A stretch of 64,000 nucleotides of DNA from Rhodosorus marinus CCMP1338. Lineage: Eukaryota; Plantae; Rhodophyta. The stretch lies in NCBI GenBank assembly GCA_029953675.1, contig JAMWBK010000011.1, positions 1,116,001-1,180,000 on the forward strand, given 5' to 3'. Of the stretch, positions 48,786-59,976 are shown piece by piece. Numbering within the stretch: the stretch's first letter is position 1; the number at the start of each line of letters is the position of its first letter. The notes below the pieces were generated by a model. That model had not been told where the DNA came from, did no database searches, and saw only the letters and a program-made list of their open reading frames with translations. A program made the position numbers and the translations under genes.

Positions 48786-50262
48786 TTTCCACTCTTCAGG
48801 GTATTTGTCAAAAAGAGCACAGTGAATAGCATCCTTCGCAGCCCAGAACGCCTTGACGTCGCACGTTGCCGCCTCATAGATGGCCTCACCGTGAGAGATG
48901 GGTACAACCTGTACGGGAACAAGCAGTCGAGTTAGATGACTCCGCCATCCTTGTACGCTAGGTCTTATGTGCACTGCTTACTTCGTCAGAAGTGCCATGA
49001 AGTACGAACAGCGGGCATTTCACATTCTTCACAGCATCAACGGCGCCGGTATTCCGAAAGCTATGACCAGCTCGGATCAAAAGAATCCTCGAAAAGTACC
49101 AAAAGGTCAGCCTTCGCATGATATGATGCTGATTTTGTGACAGATAGTTCTTCAAAGTCCTGTACAGTTGAGCGAGGCGGCCACGGTGAACACTCAGTAT
49201 TGCAGCGAGAAAGGCAAAAGGTTCCTCTTCAGGCAGCTTTTCTTGACTAGGACGTACTCATTCAAATGAAGGCGGAACAGATCAGCGGGCCTGGTAAACG
49301 GGTTCTCAGCGATGATTGCGTCAATCGAGCCGGGGTAAATCCCTTCCGCCAGTATCGCACTCGAAGCGCCGGTTGACGTGCCGACGACCACGACTCGCTC
49401 CGCTCCTCGTGCCTTTCGCAGATACCTAACTGCCGAAAGCACGTCCAACCTGAGGGTTTCGACAAGCCAACGTTAGCGGAAAGCAATCAAGAGTCACAGA
49501 TGAAGCTTGATGAACTCACTTTTCTCTGCGTCCATACGAGAATCCAAGTCCTTGGCCGTCACTAAGACCGTGTTCCGATAGGTCAAACATGAGGATGGGG
49601 TATCCTGCCTCCGCGAAGATCTCCGAGTGCCTGAGAAAGGCCCTTCGATCGCGTCCGGCGCCATGGACGCATACAATCATGATTTTCTCACGGCTCTTGT
49701 TTTCTACAAAGTCGGGCACTGGAACAAACCAGCCACGAAGTGTTCTACCATCGGCGCCTTGAAACTCTACGTCTTCAAACTCAAGCTGGAGGTCCTCAAG
49801 CGGATTGTGAACGCAGTGCTTCCAGTAACTCGGCTGAGCTTTGAGGCTAAGGCCTGTCCGGTACCATGGCGGTTTCATAGCAACTTCTGTTGCAAAGTAG
49901 GCAACAAGCGTAACGTACCACAGCAGGAAGGAAACTATGTATAGAAGCAAAATCTTCAGCGGGATGAAGAAAAGGGGGAAGAGAAGAGGCAGACCAATCG
50001 CCAAGATCATGAACATGGGCCGAAACAGCAGATGGGGAGTGGAAATAAACTCCTCCGCTTCTGCCGCAACGGACTTCAGCTCCGTCTTGATCTTCCCCTT
50101 CACCTCCCCAAGAAAATTCTTCTGCGCATCAGTCAGCGAGTTGAACGACCTCGACCTCACATTCCTCAACGAAGCCAACGCCCTCTCAGACCCAGCCTTC
50201 AACTCCTTCGCCACAGAAGGCGCCCCGCGCCTTCTAATCTCTCCTACAGAATACACATCCAT
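48747..50262 (-). CDS. Membrane-anchored alpha/beta hydrolase (ABHD-like), 4 exons
   Basis: Two hydrophobic segments, then VHGAGRDR, nucleophile elbow GTSTG, LHGTSDE|VVPISHG (Asp) and DAIHCA (His), joined through GT-AG introns. Confidence 0.88.
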
Positions 50263-51340
50263 TCCACCTTTCCTATTTCCAAAAACCAAACAAACTCCTC
50301 CAAACAAAAAAAAAAACCCAAATCCTCTCTACTCCCTACACCTAAATACCAACCTACCCTCCACAACCCCAATTCCTATTCACAAATTTACACCTTTCCC
50401 ATCCATCATACCAAAACCTCCCTCCACCATCTCCCTCCTCCCCATACCACAATTCCCTTCAACTCAATCCTCCCAAAGCTCCTTCCTCCTCTCACTACTA
50501 TTTATACAAAAATTCTCCCCCCCCCCCCCTTCCCCAACAACTGAAACGCCCGCATAAAATTTCATAGATGGATGAAGTCATCCGTCTGATAAGGACACAA
50601 AACCCTCCAAATTTTGGCAAAGCAGATGTTTTCTCTTTGTCCTTTCGATCAAAAAAATAAACGAAAAAGTTGTTCCAAAAACTAACGAAACAAACAGAAC
50701 TTTGGAGAACGGTAGGAAGGAAGCCACCTCCACCCCCACCCCCAAAACACTGCTAATTTCAATGAAAGCCATAACATTTCATATAAATAATAGGCTCTGT
50801 TTACTAGAGTATGTTTATATGTCATATACAAATTCAATCTTTATATAATATTGACAGATATTATATGATATTTTACTATTGTGTGAGGTATATAGATTGA
50901 ATAATGAGGTGACAGGTTTGAGATTTGTTTTTTTGAATTTGTTAAGGGAGTGGTTATTTTATTGTATTTTTGCGGTCGGGAGATATTGTTTATTTGAAAT
51001 GTTTTGAATGAGCTTCGATTTTGAGGTAATAATTTCGTTTTTTCTTGGAGAAACTTTGTTGTTTGGTGTATAGTTTTGTAAGATTTGGGATCTGAGTTGG
51101 AAGGTTCTCGAGATGTTTTTTGGGTGATTTTTGGAGAGAGGAACAATCTTTAATGAGTGATTGGTTGAATGGGGAATAAACAGAAGATTCTTGCCAATCA
51201 TAAGGTCTGTGATAGGGTTGTTCTATGTTGGTAGACCAATCGGGAGGAAATGCGTGCTCCCCGGCGAAAGGATACTTGAATATTTAATTGTAAACTCCAG
51301 CCTGGCAAAAGTACAGAACTCTCAAACTGTATCTGAGACC

Positions 51341-51430
51341 TGGGTGGGACCTGTTGGGACACGTTGGGACACGTTGGGACACGTTGGGACACGTTGGGAC
51401 ACGTTGGGACACGTTGGGACACGTTGGGAC
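51341..51430 (+). repeat. 10-bp minisatellite (ACGTTGGGAC) x7 perfect plus 2 degenerate units
   Basis: Perfect units span 51361-51430, preceded by ctgttgggac and tgggtgggac. Confidence 0.97.
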
Positions 51431-52204
51431 AGTCCGGACAAAGTTGATGGCAGGCCCATGACGTTGAAAGCGTTTGAACTGAGACGCTGGAAACTTTTGT
51501 ACATAGAATAGCTAGGAAAACAATGGCCGGGGTGTCGTCCGTACGAAAGAAGCTTGGAGCTGGGATGCAATGGTAAGCCCAAATCTCGCTTCCCGCCAGG
51601 TTTCCCCTGCCCTGCTTTTCACAGACGGCGCCCAGCTCTAGGACGCCACAGGTACACCCAATGGTTTCGGGGGAACCCACCTACCCACAGCCACGAGAGC
51701 ACTGCTAACCATTCTCCCCCACCACAACACCACAACTCAAAAAACAAAAAAAAACAAGTTTCCAATGATAATGATCTATATATCAATCACTACACGCCCA
51801 CCCAAAAACATCCATCCCTGAATTAACAAAGAAAAAACCACAACAATCATTATAAGATAATCATCCAATCCTTCGTCTTAAATTAATAATTTGGATTGAT
51901 CCAGTCATTATCAAACTTGCAGGAGATTTTCGGATTTCGCTCTCTCGTCGGTGCACTGAAACTCTTTGTCGCAATGGTCGATTTGCTTGTTCGATTCTGA
52001 TGGCGACTTAGGGTTTGGCATACTGAATGGCGATTTGGTTGTTTTTTGGGGGATGGGGAGGGGGGAAACTGGTGATATGAGCAAGCTTGGGATCAGAACA
52101 GACTCAGCTGTTGGTATTAAGAGGAACGGAGAGAGAGTTACCATCCTGTTTGAGTTAAATTTTTGTTCTGCTTTCTTTGGTGTTTTATATTTTTGGTTGA
52201 GAAG

Positions 52205-52928
52205 ATGGCGTTTGTGTTTCACGGAGTTGGAGGTGTTTCGGGACGGACTCGTCAGAGGAGAGTGTGTCAGAGGCGTGTGGGTGTGGTTAGGCATGTGGAG
52301 GAAGGCCCGGAGGATTATATTGCGTTAGGAATTGCGGTATGTTATAAGGAGAGGGTGAGGGGTGAGCTCGAGGAAGTTGTTGTCGTGGAGCCTTTGAGCT
52401 CGGCGACGCTTGAGAATATAAGCTCCATGGACGTGCCCACGAGGTACGGCTCGGCGCGTGTAAGAGACGATCTGAGTATTGTAGTCTCTTGTTCTCACCC
52501 TAGCTTGTCTTTGTTATCTCTGCGTGAAGCTATAAGAAGATTATGGGTATAAAACTTGGCGAGGTCCCCGAGCAAGTTAACGATCTCCCTGGCTCGTTCA
52601 TCGACGGGGACAGAGCAGTTTGGGGTGAAAACTTTCAGGAACGGGCAAACGCAGCTGCTCGAACGTTCCTACGACGCCCGGAAGCCAAGCTCGTAAGTTG
52701 ATAACAGCAACTCAAAACTCAAGTGGTCGTCTTGCTGACGCGTGATCGGTCTGCGATGTTTCAATGCATTAGCTGGACTTGGGAGAAATCAGCACAAAGA
52801 TCCAGTTCTCAACGGAAAGAAAGCGCATCTTAGACTCCACGTGGGAGCCGAACTTTGATGATAATGTCAAGCAGGATATTTCAATCGACGTCTACAATCG
52901 TGAAGCCGATGATCTTGCAAACTCGTAG
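52205..52928 (+). CDS. Conserved cyanobacterial-type hypothetical protein with plastid transit peptide (introns 52444-52529, 52693-52772)
   Basis: MAFVF... transit peptide. DYIALGIAVC...VVEPLSSATLE...VPTS|Y...FQERANAAARTF...STERKRIL...DNVKQ resembles a cyanobacterial unknown-function family as I recall it. Confidence 0.8.
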
Positions 52929-53155
52929 CCGTTCTAGGTCTGTTGGGGGGGATGCTCAGTCCTTCATCAAAACGTCTTGTGCCAACAGCAGCTTGACTCA
53001 AAAATCGATCGACTTGAAAAAGAATTCATACTTCCGGTGACTGAAGTGGCGTAATAAATGATGGGTTTTATGTGCTTGCTTTGAGATCTACAGTTGCAGC
53101 GTGCCCTTTCGAGCCCTAGTCCTCTCGGAAAACAAACGGCATCGGGAGAAAACGG

Positions 53156-54997
53156 TCATGACTCCGCACCTATTGCCGTGGCTTGCTTATTCCCTTCAGT
53201 ATCTACAGTGGTAGTCAGCCGCTTGTCGTTTGCTGGCTGCTCCTGCTCCTTTTTGTCTCCGTTCGCTTCCACCGTAGATGTGCCCGTACCAGATCGCTGG
53301 GTGTCCGCCAGCTGAGATTCAAGCTTGGTTGAGGCCTGAGACAAGTCTTCCGTCTTCGTAGACGTGGGATCCATACTCTGGTCGGGTGAGGCGGAGGTCT
53401 TGTCTTCGACCTCTCCATCGGCTGCCTTTTCCGGTGATTTGGAACCATCGCCGTCTGTGATGTCAAAAGAGGGATTAGAACAGGTAAGCCTTATTTCCAG
53501 CTTGCTGCTGTGCGAAGCGTATCCAAAACTACCTTGTGACTTGGGGCTGACTTCTTCGTCGTTCTTCTCACCAACGGCAGATTTTTCCTCGTCAGCGGAT
53601 TGCTGCAAACGAAAAGCAAAACGGGACAACAAGTTTTTCAGAAACAAGGCGTTCATGAAAACGTCGGGAAGAGACACTCTCAGTATTCACCTAGAGCTTC
53701 CTACCTTGTCCTTGTCCAACAGGGCTACCCATTGCGTTCTCAGTTGTTTACACAATCCGGCAATGGCACTGCTTCGTTTTCCGGATCGAGCGTCCACTTT
53801 ACGAACGGGCCGTCCAGCTTGACATTCCTTCAGCATCTCCACGGTTACCGACCAAGCCAGAAGCTTTGACAGAGAATCCAATACATCTTCCTCGCATTTT
53901 CGAGCGGCATTTTCAGAGTTGCTCATCGCCCGTATCCGTGCGTTGAATTTTGATGCCAGTTCGCCTGCGGTCTTTCGCCGGACAACCAAAACAGCATCCG
54001 GAAATAAAAACGGACGTTTTCAGTTCGCCTGGACTACTCTAATGGAAGGGTTTGCCGGAAAGCCTCGAGCTCTTTCGAAACCCTCGGGGTCTGACTGCCA
54101 ATCTGAAGTTTTCCGTACCTTTCTGTGCTCAGCCGCGGCATCTGACTTTTCGTCATAGGCGTGTCCATACTGTTTCAGCAACTTAAGTTCTTCTGAGAGC
54201 TCATTCTTTGTGACCGGCAGGGAGCAAGGATTCGTAGAAATGCTGAATTCAGTCATCGGAGGCGCGGGAGGGACGTAGGCCGAGTACTCATTTCGCCGGG
54301 TGGATCGACTGAGCTTCAGCTCTTCTTTAAGCCGCTTTATCTCGCTCTTAAGGGTTGACACTTGTTTCTCCAGTCTCTGAACTTTGTCATGATTGGACGA
54401 CTTGATCTTCACCGTCTTCTTCGGCGTCGACTTCTCCACCTCCTCTATTATCTCGTCCTCGCTGGACTCTGTTGCAGCTTCTTCAGCTTCAACCTTCGCC
54501 GTCGTGGAACGCCTTCGAGACTTTTTCGGTTCTTCTTTATCTACAGAGTCGCCGCCTAAAGACTTCTTCGGCTTCTTCGCGGCAGGAGCATGTTCTCGCT
54601 TCTGTTCTGCACCTCTCTTTGTCGCTACCCTGCCCTCAGCGAGAGCCAAAATATCGTCGGGGTCGGCAACGGTCACCTCCATTGTCTCGTCCGCCTGCTT
54701 CTTCTGGACTTCTCCTGCTTCCTCGATCGCTTCCTTGATCAGATCATAACTTCGATGAGTCGGCTTGATCTTCTCCATCACCGTCGTCGTATTGATAGAA
54801 TTAAAAGGCAACAGGTTGTTTTTAACAGGTATCCACGCCGATTGCGAATCGTTGAAAAAATTCACCCAAATCTTTCCACCTTTTTTCCACATTTTCTGCT
54901 TCACATTACGAGACACCGTCGCAGGCCACCACGGATATCCAGACACCTTGGCCCATACCAAATCACCAATCTTCACATCATCCTCCTCCTTCCCCAT
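53156..54997 (-). CDS. PWWP-domain chromatin protein with coiled coil and TFIIS-N-like helical bundle (3 exons)
   Basis: IGDLVWAKVSGYPWWPA...VNFFND and LSKLLAWSVTVEMLKECQAGRPVRK...LRTQW. The first intron is probably 53972-54118 (uncertain); the second follows DKDK|gtagga. Confidence 0.82.
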
Positions 54998-56532
54998 TCT
55001 GCCACAAAATAGCGCATCCACTCCAAAAACCAGCTAAAAAAGGATCCAAACACAAACAAAGAAGAAGAAAAAAAAACAACAAACAACCTCCAACCCTCTC
55101 CAAAGCCCCCTCAATCCATATTCCCCACCCCCTCAGTCCCGATCCACAAAAACAAAGCCCAAACCAGATTTCTACAGCACCTCCCAGCAAAATAGGTTCC
55201 GCCACAATCACCAAATCATTGCCCTTTCCCTCACAAATACTACCTTCCTTCTTTCACCCCCTCCGCCCCCCAAAGGCTACTTCAATCCTTCATCACCCCA
55301 ACCACTCCATTGTTTCATATGACCCTCCTCCGTGTACTCGTCTATAGACCTCCCCCAACAAAAGCATTCGGCTTAGTATTGTAAATCCTTTTTTAACTTG
55401 CCATTTCGTTTAACATCTCACAAAGCTCTCCCGCGCCATTCAAAAAATCCTTATTTTAAACAACATATCGATATAATTTTGATTCTTTGGTTACCATAAT
55501 TAGATGAATACGGATATATTTAGATATAAAATATCGATATATTCGTTTTAAGTTGTTTTAAACCAGTTATAGTGTCAAAATTAAGAGTAATGGAAAAGAT
55601 TTTGGAAGCTTTGCAAGATGTAGATGATAATTGATCTAAATATTGTTTTGAGCTTCCCAGATAAGGAAATGAGGAATGTGCAGGGAGTCCTTTTTCATTG
55701 GGGACGAAATTGAAATTGTCTGGAGTTGTTATTCGTCAAAGTACACATTGGTATTCGTTCGTTGTAAATCTGTGTCTTTATGTATGCTAAATTAGCTAGT
55801 TTTGGATATTTTGTAATAATTTTTGGTGTAAATAGAGAGATTTTCTCTATTTAGATTTTCCAATGTAGAAAATTTATTTTTTATTCTTTTAGTAACGTTT
55901 GGAAATGGGAACTTGACTTCAAAATTAAGACCAGTGTAGATAAAATTTTAGTGCGTTGTAGAAGACTAGACCAGAACTGACCTGAGGTTTTCTGACCATC
56001 CTGCTTATCGTTGAACGTTTGTGTGAAGCAGTTGTCAGCGCTCTGGCTAGGAGCTTCGTGTAGAACAGCACAAGTAAGAAGCACTAGATGCTGCGGACAA
56101 GTAGCCCTCGGCAAGAGGATGGATTTCCCGTTGTTCTTGGACTTGGACTCCCGTCTGGATTTTTGACTTTCGCCGTCATCGGCTGTCCACCGTTTTTCTC
56201 CCCGTAACAGATGTCGAGACCACGACCTAGTATGACTTACCGGCTTGATCTATTCATCTAGCCCGCTGTGCAGATGTCAACGTGTTGGTCCACCCAAAAC
56301 CAGACGATCTCCCAGGTTGTTTTGCTATCCACTAGCCCCCGACGTTGTTTGGCTTTTGTCGTCGCGCCCAAGTCCAGTACTCTACTTGAACTTGTTTTGC
56401 GTCTCTACATTTTTGGATCGATTGCCAACGACCTGAGGCCAGCTCACCAGCCGACGTTTGGACCTCGCATATGGTCTCGTTGTCGTTGACTTCCTCCTAT
56501 AGCGCGCGAGATGGAACACACAGTCTGATCCG

Positions 56533-57075
56533 GTGCTAGGTAACAAGACGGGCCTTGGCGACTCACCAGCTCCCGTTGCTTTCTTTGAAGTAGCAGATAT
56601 GGAAAAAGTAGGAGGCCCAGACTTGGTTCCCAAGCGACCTGGAGCGAGGACACTCCTAACTGTTTCCGGAAGGCGTATCGGGCTTGTCCGGACCGCCGAT
56701 GGAAACCTCCATGCGTTGGACGCGATCTGTTACCATATGGGTGGTCCGTTAGTCGCTAGTGGTGACCTCGAAGAGATTGGAACGCGTCAGTGTTTGAAAT
56801 GTCCCTGGCACAAGTACCTCCTTGACATTCGAACTGGGGAAGGGCTGTATCGAGATCTTGACTTCACGTGGAGTTCTAAGGGAGTAGGTGCATGAACAAT
56901 GGCTGTGCCTGCAGCGAGAGTTTTTTTCTGAACTGGATGTGAAAATGACTTTTATCCCTAGGTCAAGCAAAGAATCCACGAGGTTGAAGAAAGGTCGACA
57001 GGAGTTTTCGTCCGTTTGAAGGAAGAAGGAAGCATAGAAAGTGACAGCTACGCTAGAAAAAAGGAAGTGGCATAG
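56533..57075 (+). CDS. Rieske [2Fe-2S] domain protein (RFESD-like; start uncertain; intron 56884-56961)
   Basis: DAICYHMGGPL...KCPWHKY ligand motifs and spliced KG|VKQRIHEV...SDSYA. Confidence 0.85.
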
Positions 57076-57705
57076 ATGAACATCTCCGCGTTCGTCGGCA
57101 GCGCTTCGGTCTCAGGACCTCGAAGGAGAATAACCGGTCGTTGTCAGAGACGTGCTCGGACCCCGCTTATGTGCCAGGTCCGAACTTGGGAAACAATTCT
57201 TTGTCTATCGTCGATCCGATGTTTCTAAAATCTGTACGCTCCCTTCTCGCGTACAGTCGGAAGCTGAGGATAAGCTAGGAATCTCCTTTACTTGTGGAAA
57301 GTGCGACACGCGGATCTCTAAGAAGGTGAAACGCCAGTCGTATACCGAAGGAGTCGTGATCATTGAGTGCCCGACTTGCAAAAGGTTTGTATCCGTCACG
57401 TAGACTAGTCCGAACAATTACAGAGCGCTTGATCGGCTGATCTCAATAGCATGTACATCTCCTTCATCAATCCCAGTCGGCACCTCATCGCGGATAATCT
57501 CGGCTGGTACAAGGACTGGACTGGTTCAACCATGGGCAACATCGAGCAGCTGGCGGACAAACTTGGACAGAAAGTTATAAGAGTGGATCCGTCAAAGTTT
57601 AATCTCGAGGTTTGCAAGCAGCCCTTCCCGGCACTGATGAAGTGAAGAAGGTTCTTAGCTTTTTGACATGGCTTTCTTTCACAGGGCACTGATGGAGCCG
57701 AGTAG
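57076..57705 (+). CDS. zf-DNL (Zim17/Tim15/HEP-type) Hsp70 escort protein, probably plastid-targeted; ends at 57705 if a third intron 57610-57684 is spliced, otherwise 57645
   Basis: MNISAFVGS... transit peptide, FTCGKCDTR...SYTEGVVIIECPTCK and RHLIADNLGW (DNL motif). Introns 57178-57256 and 57385-57476. Confidence 0.88.
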
Positions 57706-58312
57706 TAGTCTGCTGAGGTTGGGTGCGTCGAGCAGTTCGAGCGTAAAGACCACTATGTCCAATGGCGTTGGAGACCTGGTCGTATCTCGTACAATTTTAT
57801 ATACAGAGGCTGGTCAGTTAAGGAATGCCGAGTCCTTTACCGACTGTGCAGGAACTCACTGGATAAAATGCCCCAGTGATATTGGACGATGTCAAGCAAA
57901 AGTACCCTGTCGACTTTTTGCCCAGCCAGGAGAGGAAGATCGGTTACTCGTCAAACAAGGACCAGGCTGTAAGAACCCTGATAAACTCTTTCTAGACGGG
58001 CCGTGCTATGTCTTTCGCCTGAATTCACAGCGTTCTGGGTTGGAAGTTGTTTGCCGTGATTCTATCTCGCTCGTATCAGTTCATCCCCAGGCTTGTCGAT
58101 CATGTTCACTAGACGATCATCGAACATTTGTTTCCGGCCTCTTAGCAAGGTTGCACTCGGAAACGCACACGCAAGTGTTTCTCGCGTACCAGTCGTTGTC
58201 GTAGCCCGGCCTTACAACGTGCTCCTGGTCCCGAGAACAAGCTGTCTTACAATCACGCAAACACGAACAAGGTATTTGGGTTTTTTGTTATACTACTACA
58301 GATCGCTCTATC

Positions 58313-59470
58313 TCAAGCTACTTCGTCGAGAATAGCTCGCATCGCTCCGCAGGAAGCGTCAAAGAGCTTTTTCTCCTCCTCGCTCATGGGAATCGGGAGA
58401 ATGGCCTCAATTCCGGATCTTCCAAGGACTGCCGGTTGGGACACACACACGTTTGCTTCCTTTTCCCGAACGGAGAGCGGGAACACAAGTCTTTCGTTCA
58501 GAAAGATGCAGTCGACCATCGTGGCAACGCAAGCGCCAATGCCGTGGTAGGTAGCGCCTTTCTTCGCGATGATCTCGTAAGCGCGATTGCGGGCATCAGC
58601 TTCTGCCTGCTTGAGGAACTCCGGGGTCAGTTCCGGGAAACTCGAGAATGGAACTCCACCAACCGTCGCAGTACTCGTAGCAGCAAACTGACTGTCGCCA
58701 TGCTCGCCCAGCACAAAGGCGTTTACTGCGGACGGGGAAACCTATGATCGGGAAAACTCTTTCAGTCTCCTACCCACAAGCCCGTGTTCATATCATCCAG
58801 TCGAAGTACTTGTCCAAACAATGATCGTCATCTGCTCACCTTGAGTTTGTGCGAGATCGCGATTCTGAATCGCTGCGAATCCAGGAAGGTTCCTGATCCA
58901 AAGACTTGGCTCCGCTCTAGCCCGGATAGTTTCTGAGCGAGATAGGTTAGCACATCGCAAGGATTAGACACGACCAGTATAACCGCATCAGGGTTGAGAG
59001 GCTCCATGGACTTGAAGATGCTCTTCAAAATAGCGTAGTTCCTTCCAATTAGACTAGTCCTCGGCTCTCCCGGTTTCTGACCGACTCCAGCCGTAATAAC
59101 GATAACGTCAGCCTGACCAGCCTCTTCATAAGTAGCATGCTTGCATCGTACGCCGGTCACAAACCCGGCGTCCTGAAGGTCAAGAGCTTCTCCTTCGCAA
59201 CGGTCTTCCGCGATATCGACGAGGAGAACCTCGGAACAGGCCTTGAGCAGGATGCAGTTTGATGCACATGCAGCTCCAACTCCGCCTATTAAGTTTTTGA
59301 CACATTCAAGACGTATGTTCAGCTCAAATCACCAATCGAATAAGAACCTTTGGGCTTACGATCTCACCGGCCCCGATCACCGCAACGGTATTATACTTCT
59401 CCTCAAGAGGATTGTAACTAAACTCGTTCAGAGAAGATAACTTTCTACTTAATACCGCGTTATCGGACAT
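58313..59470 (-). CDS. LDH: L-lactate dehydrogenase (3 exons)
   Basis: VIGAG|GVG, ITAGVGQKPGEPR (Gln at the LDH specificity position), VVSNPCDV, GSGTFLDSQR, GEHGDS and KKGATYHGIG. Confidence 0.93.
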
Positions 59471-59743
59471 GATTATTCCTTAGAATCCTCGTAAATAAAA
59501 TACGAACTTTCCTGCCTTTTACCTCAGACCGTTGCTTCAGCTCTCCTCCAGTCCAACCTGCTCCTTCCCCAATTCCACCACAGCGGATTAAACTCGATTT
59601 TGAAGGCGAAACCATGAGCCATCTAAGTTTAGTATTTATCTAAAATAATTTCGAAGATATTCGACGACAAAGTCCGTTACCGGGAAACATTGAAGATATG
59701 AATTTTCGCAACTAGATTAAGAGTCATATCCGTATTCTCCATC

Positions 59744-59976
59744 TTTATAATTTATTACCACTTTTATCTTTGATATAGATGATACATTGAGGTGTCTCTT
59801 AATATATATACTAGGTCTCCAGCATGATATGGATGTTGAGTGGTATTTATATGTCACTAGCATTTTATAATTTATTAGAACTTTTATCTTTTATATGGAT
59901 GATATGTTGAGGTGTCTCTTAAAACATATTCGGTCTCCGCGCATGATTTGGATGTTGAGTGGTATTCATATGTCAC
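59744..59976. repeat. Degenerate tandem duplication with ~120-bp period upstream of LDH
   Basis: 59744-59857 and 59864-59976 share tttataatttatta...cttttatcttt...ttgaggtgtctcttaa...ggtctcc...gcatgat.tggatgttgagtggtatt.atatgtcac. Confidence 0.9.

Noticed and set aside
49937-50557. Long plus-strand P/S-rich ORFs
   Set aside because: Antisense to the alpha/beta hydrolase and its purine-rich leader.
54020-54022. Single in-frame TGA between the PWWP and TFIIS-N frames (selenocysteine or readthrough?)
   Set aside because: A phase-0 GTACGG...AAG intron (54118-53972) removes it, which is more parsimonious.
57668-58204. 178-aa ORF starting MAFFHRAL, a tempting third cistron
   Set aside because: The MAFF start coincides with the pyrimidine tract and acceptor (tttctttcacag) of a probable last zf-DNL intron, and the remainder has no recognisable homology.
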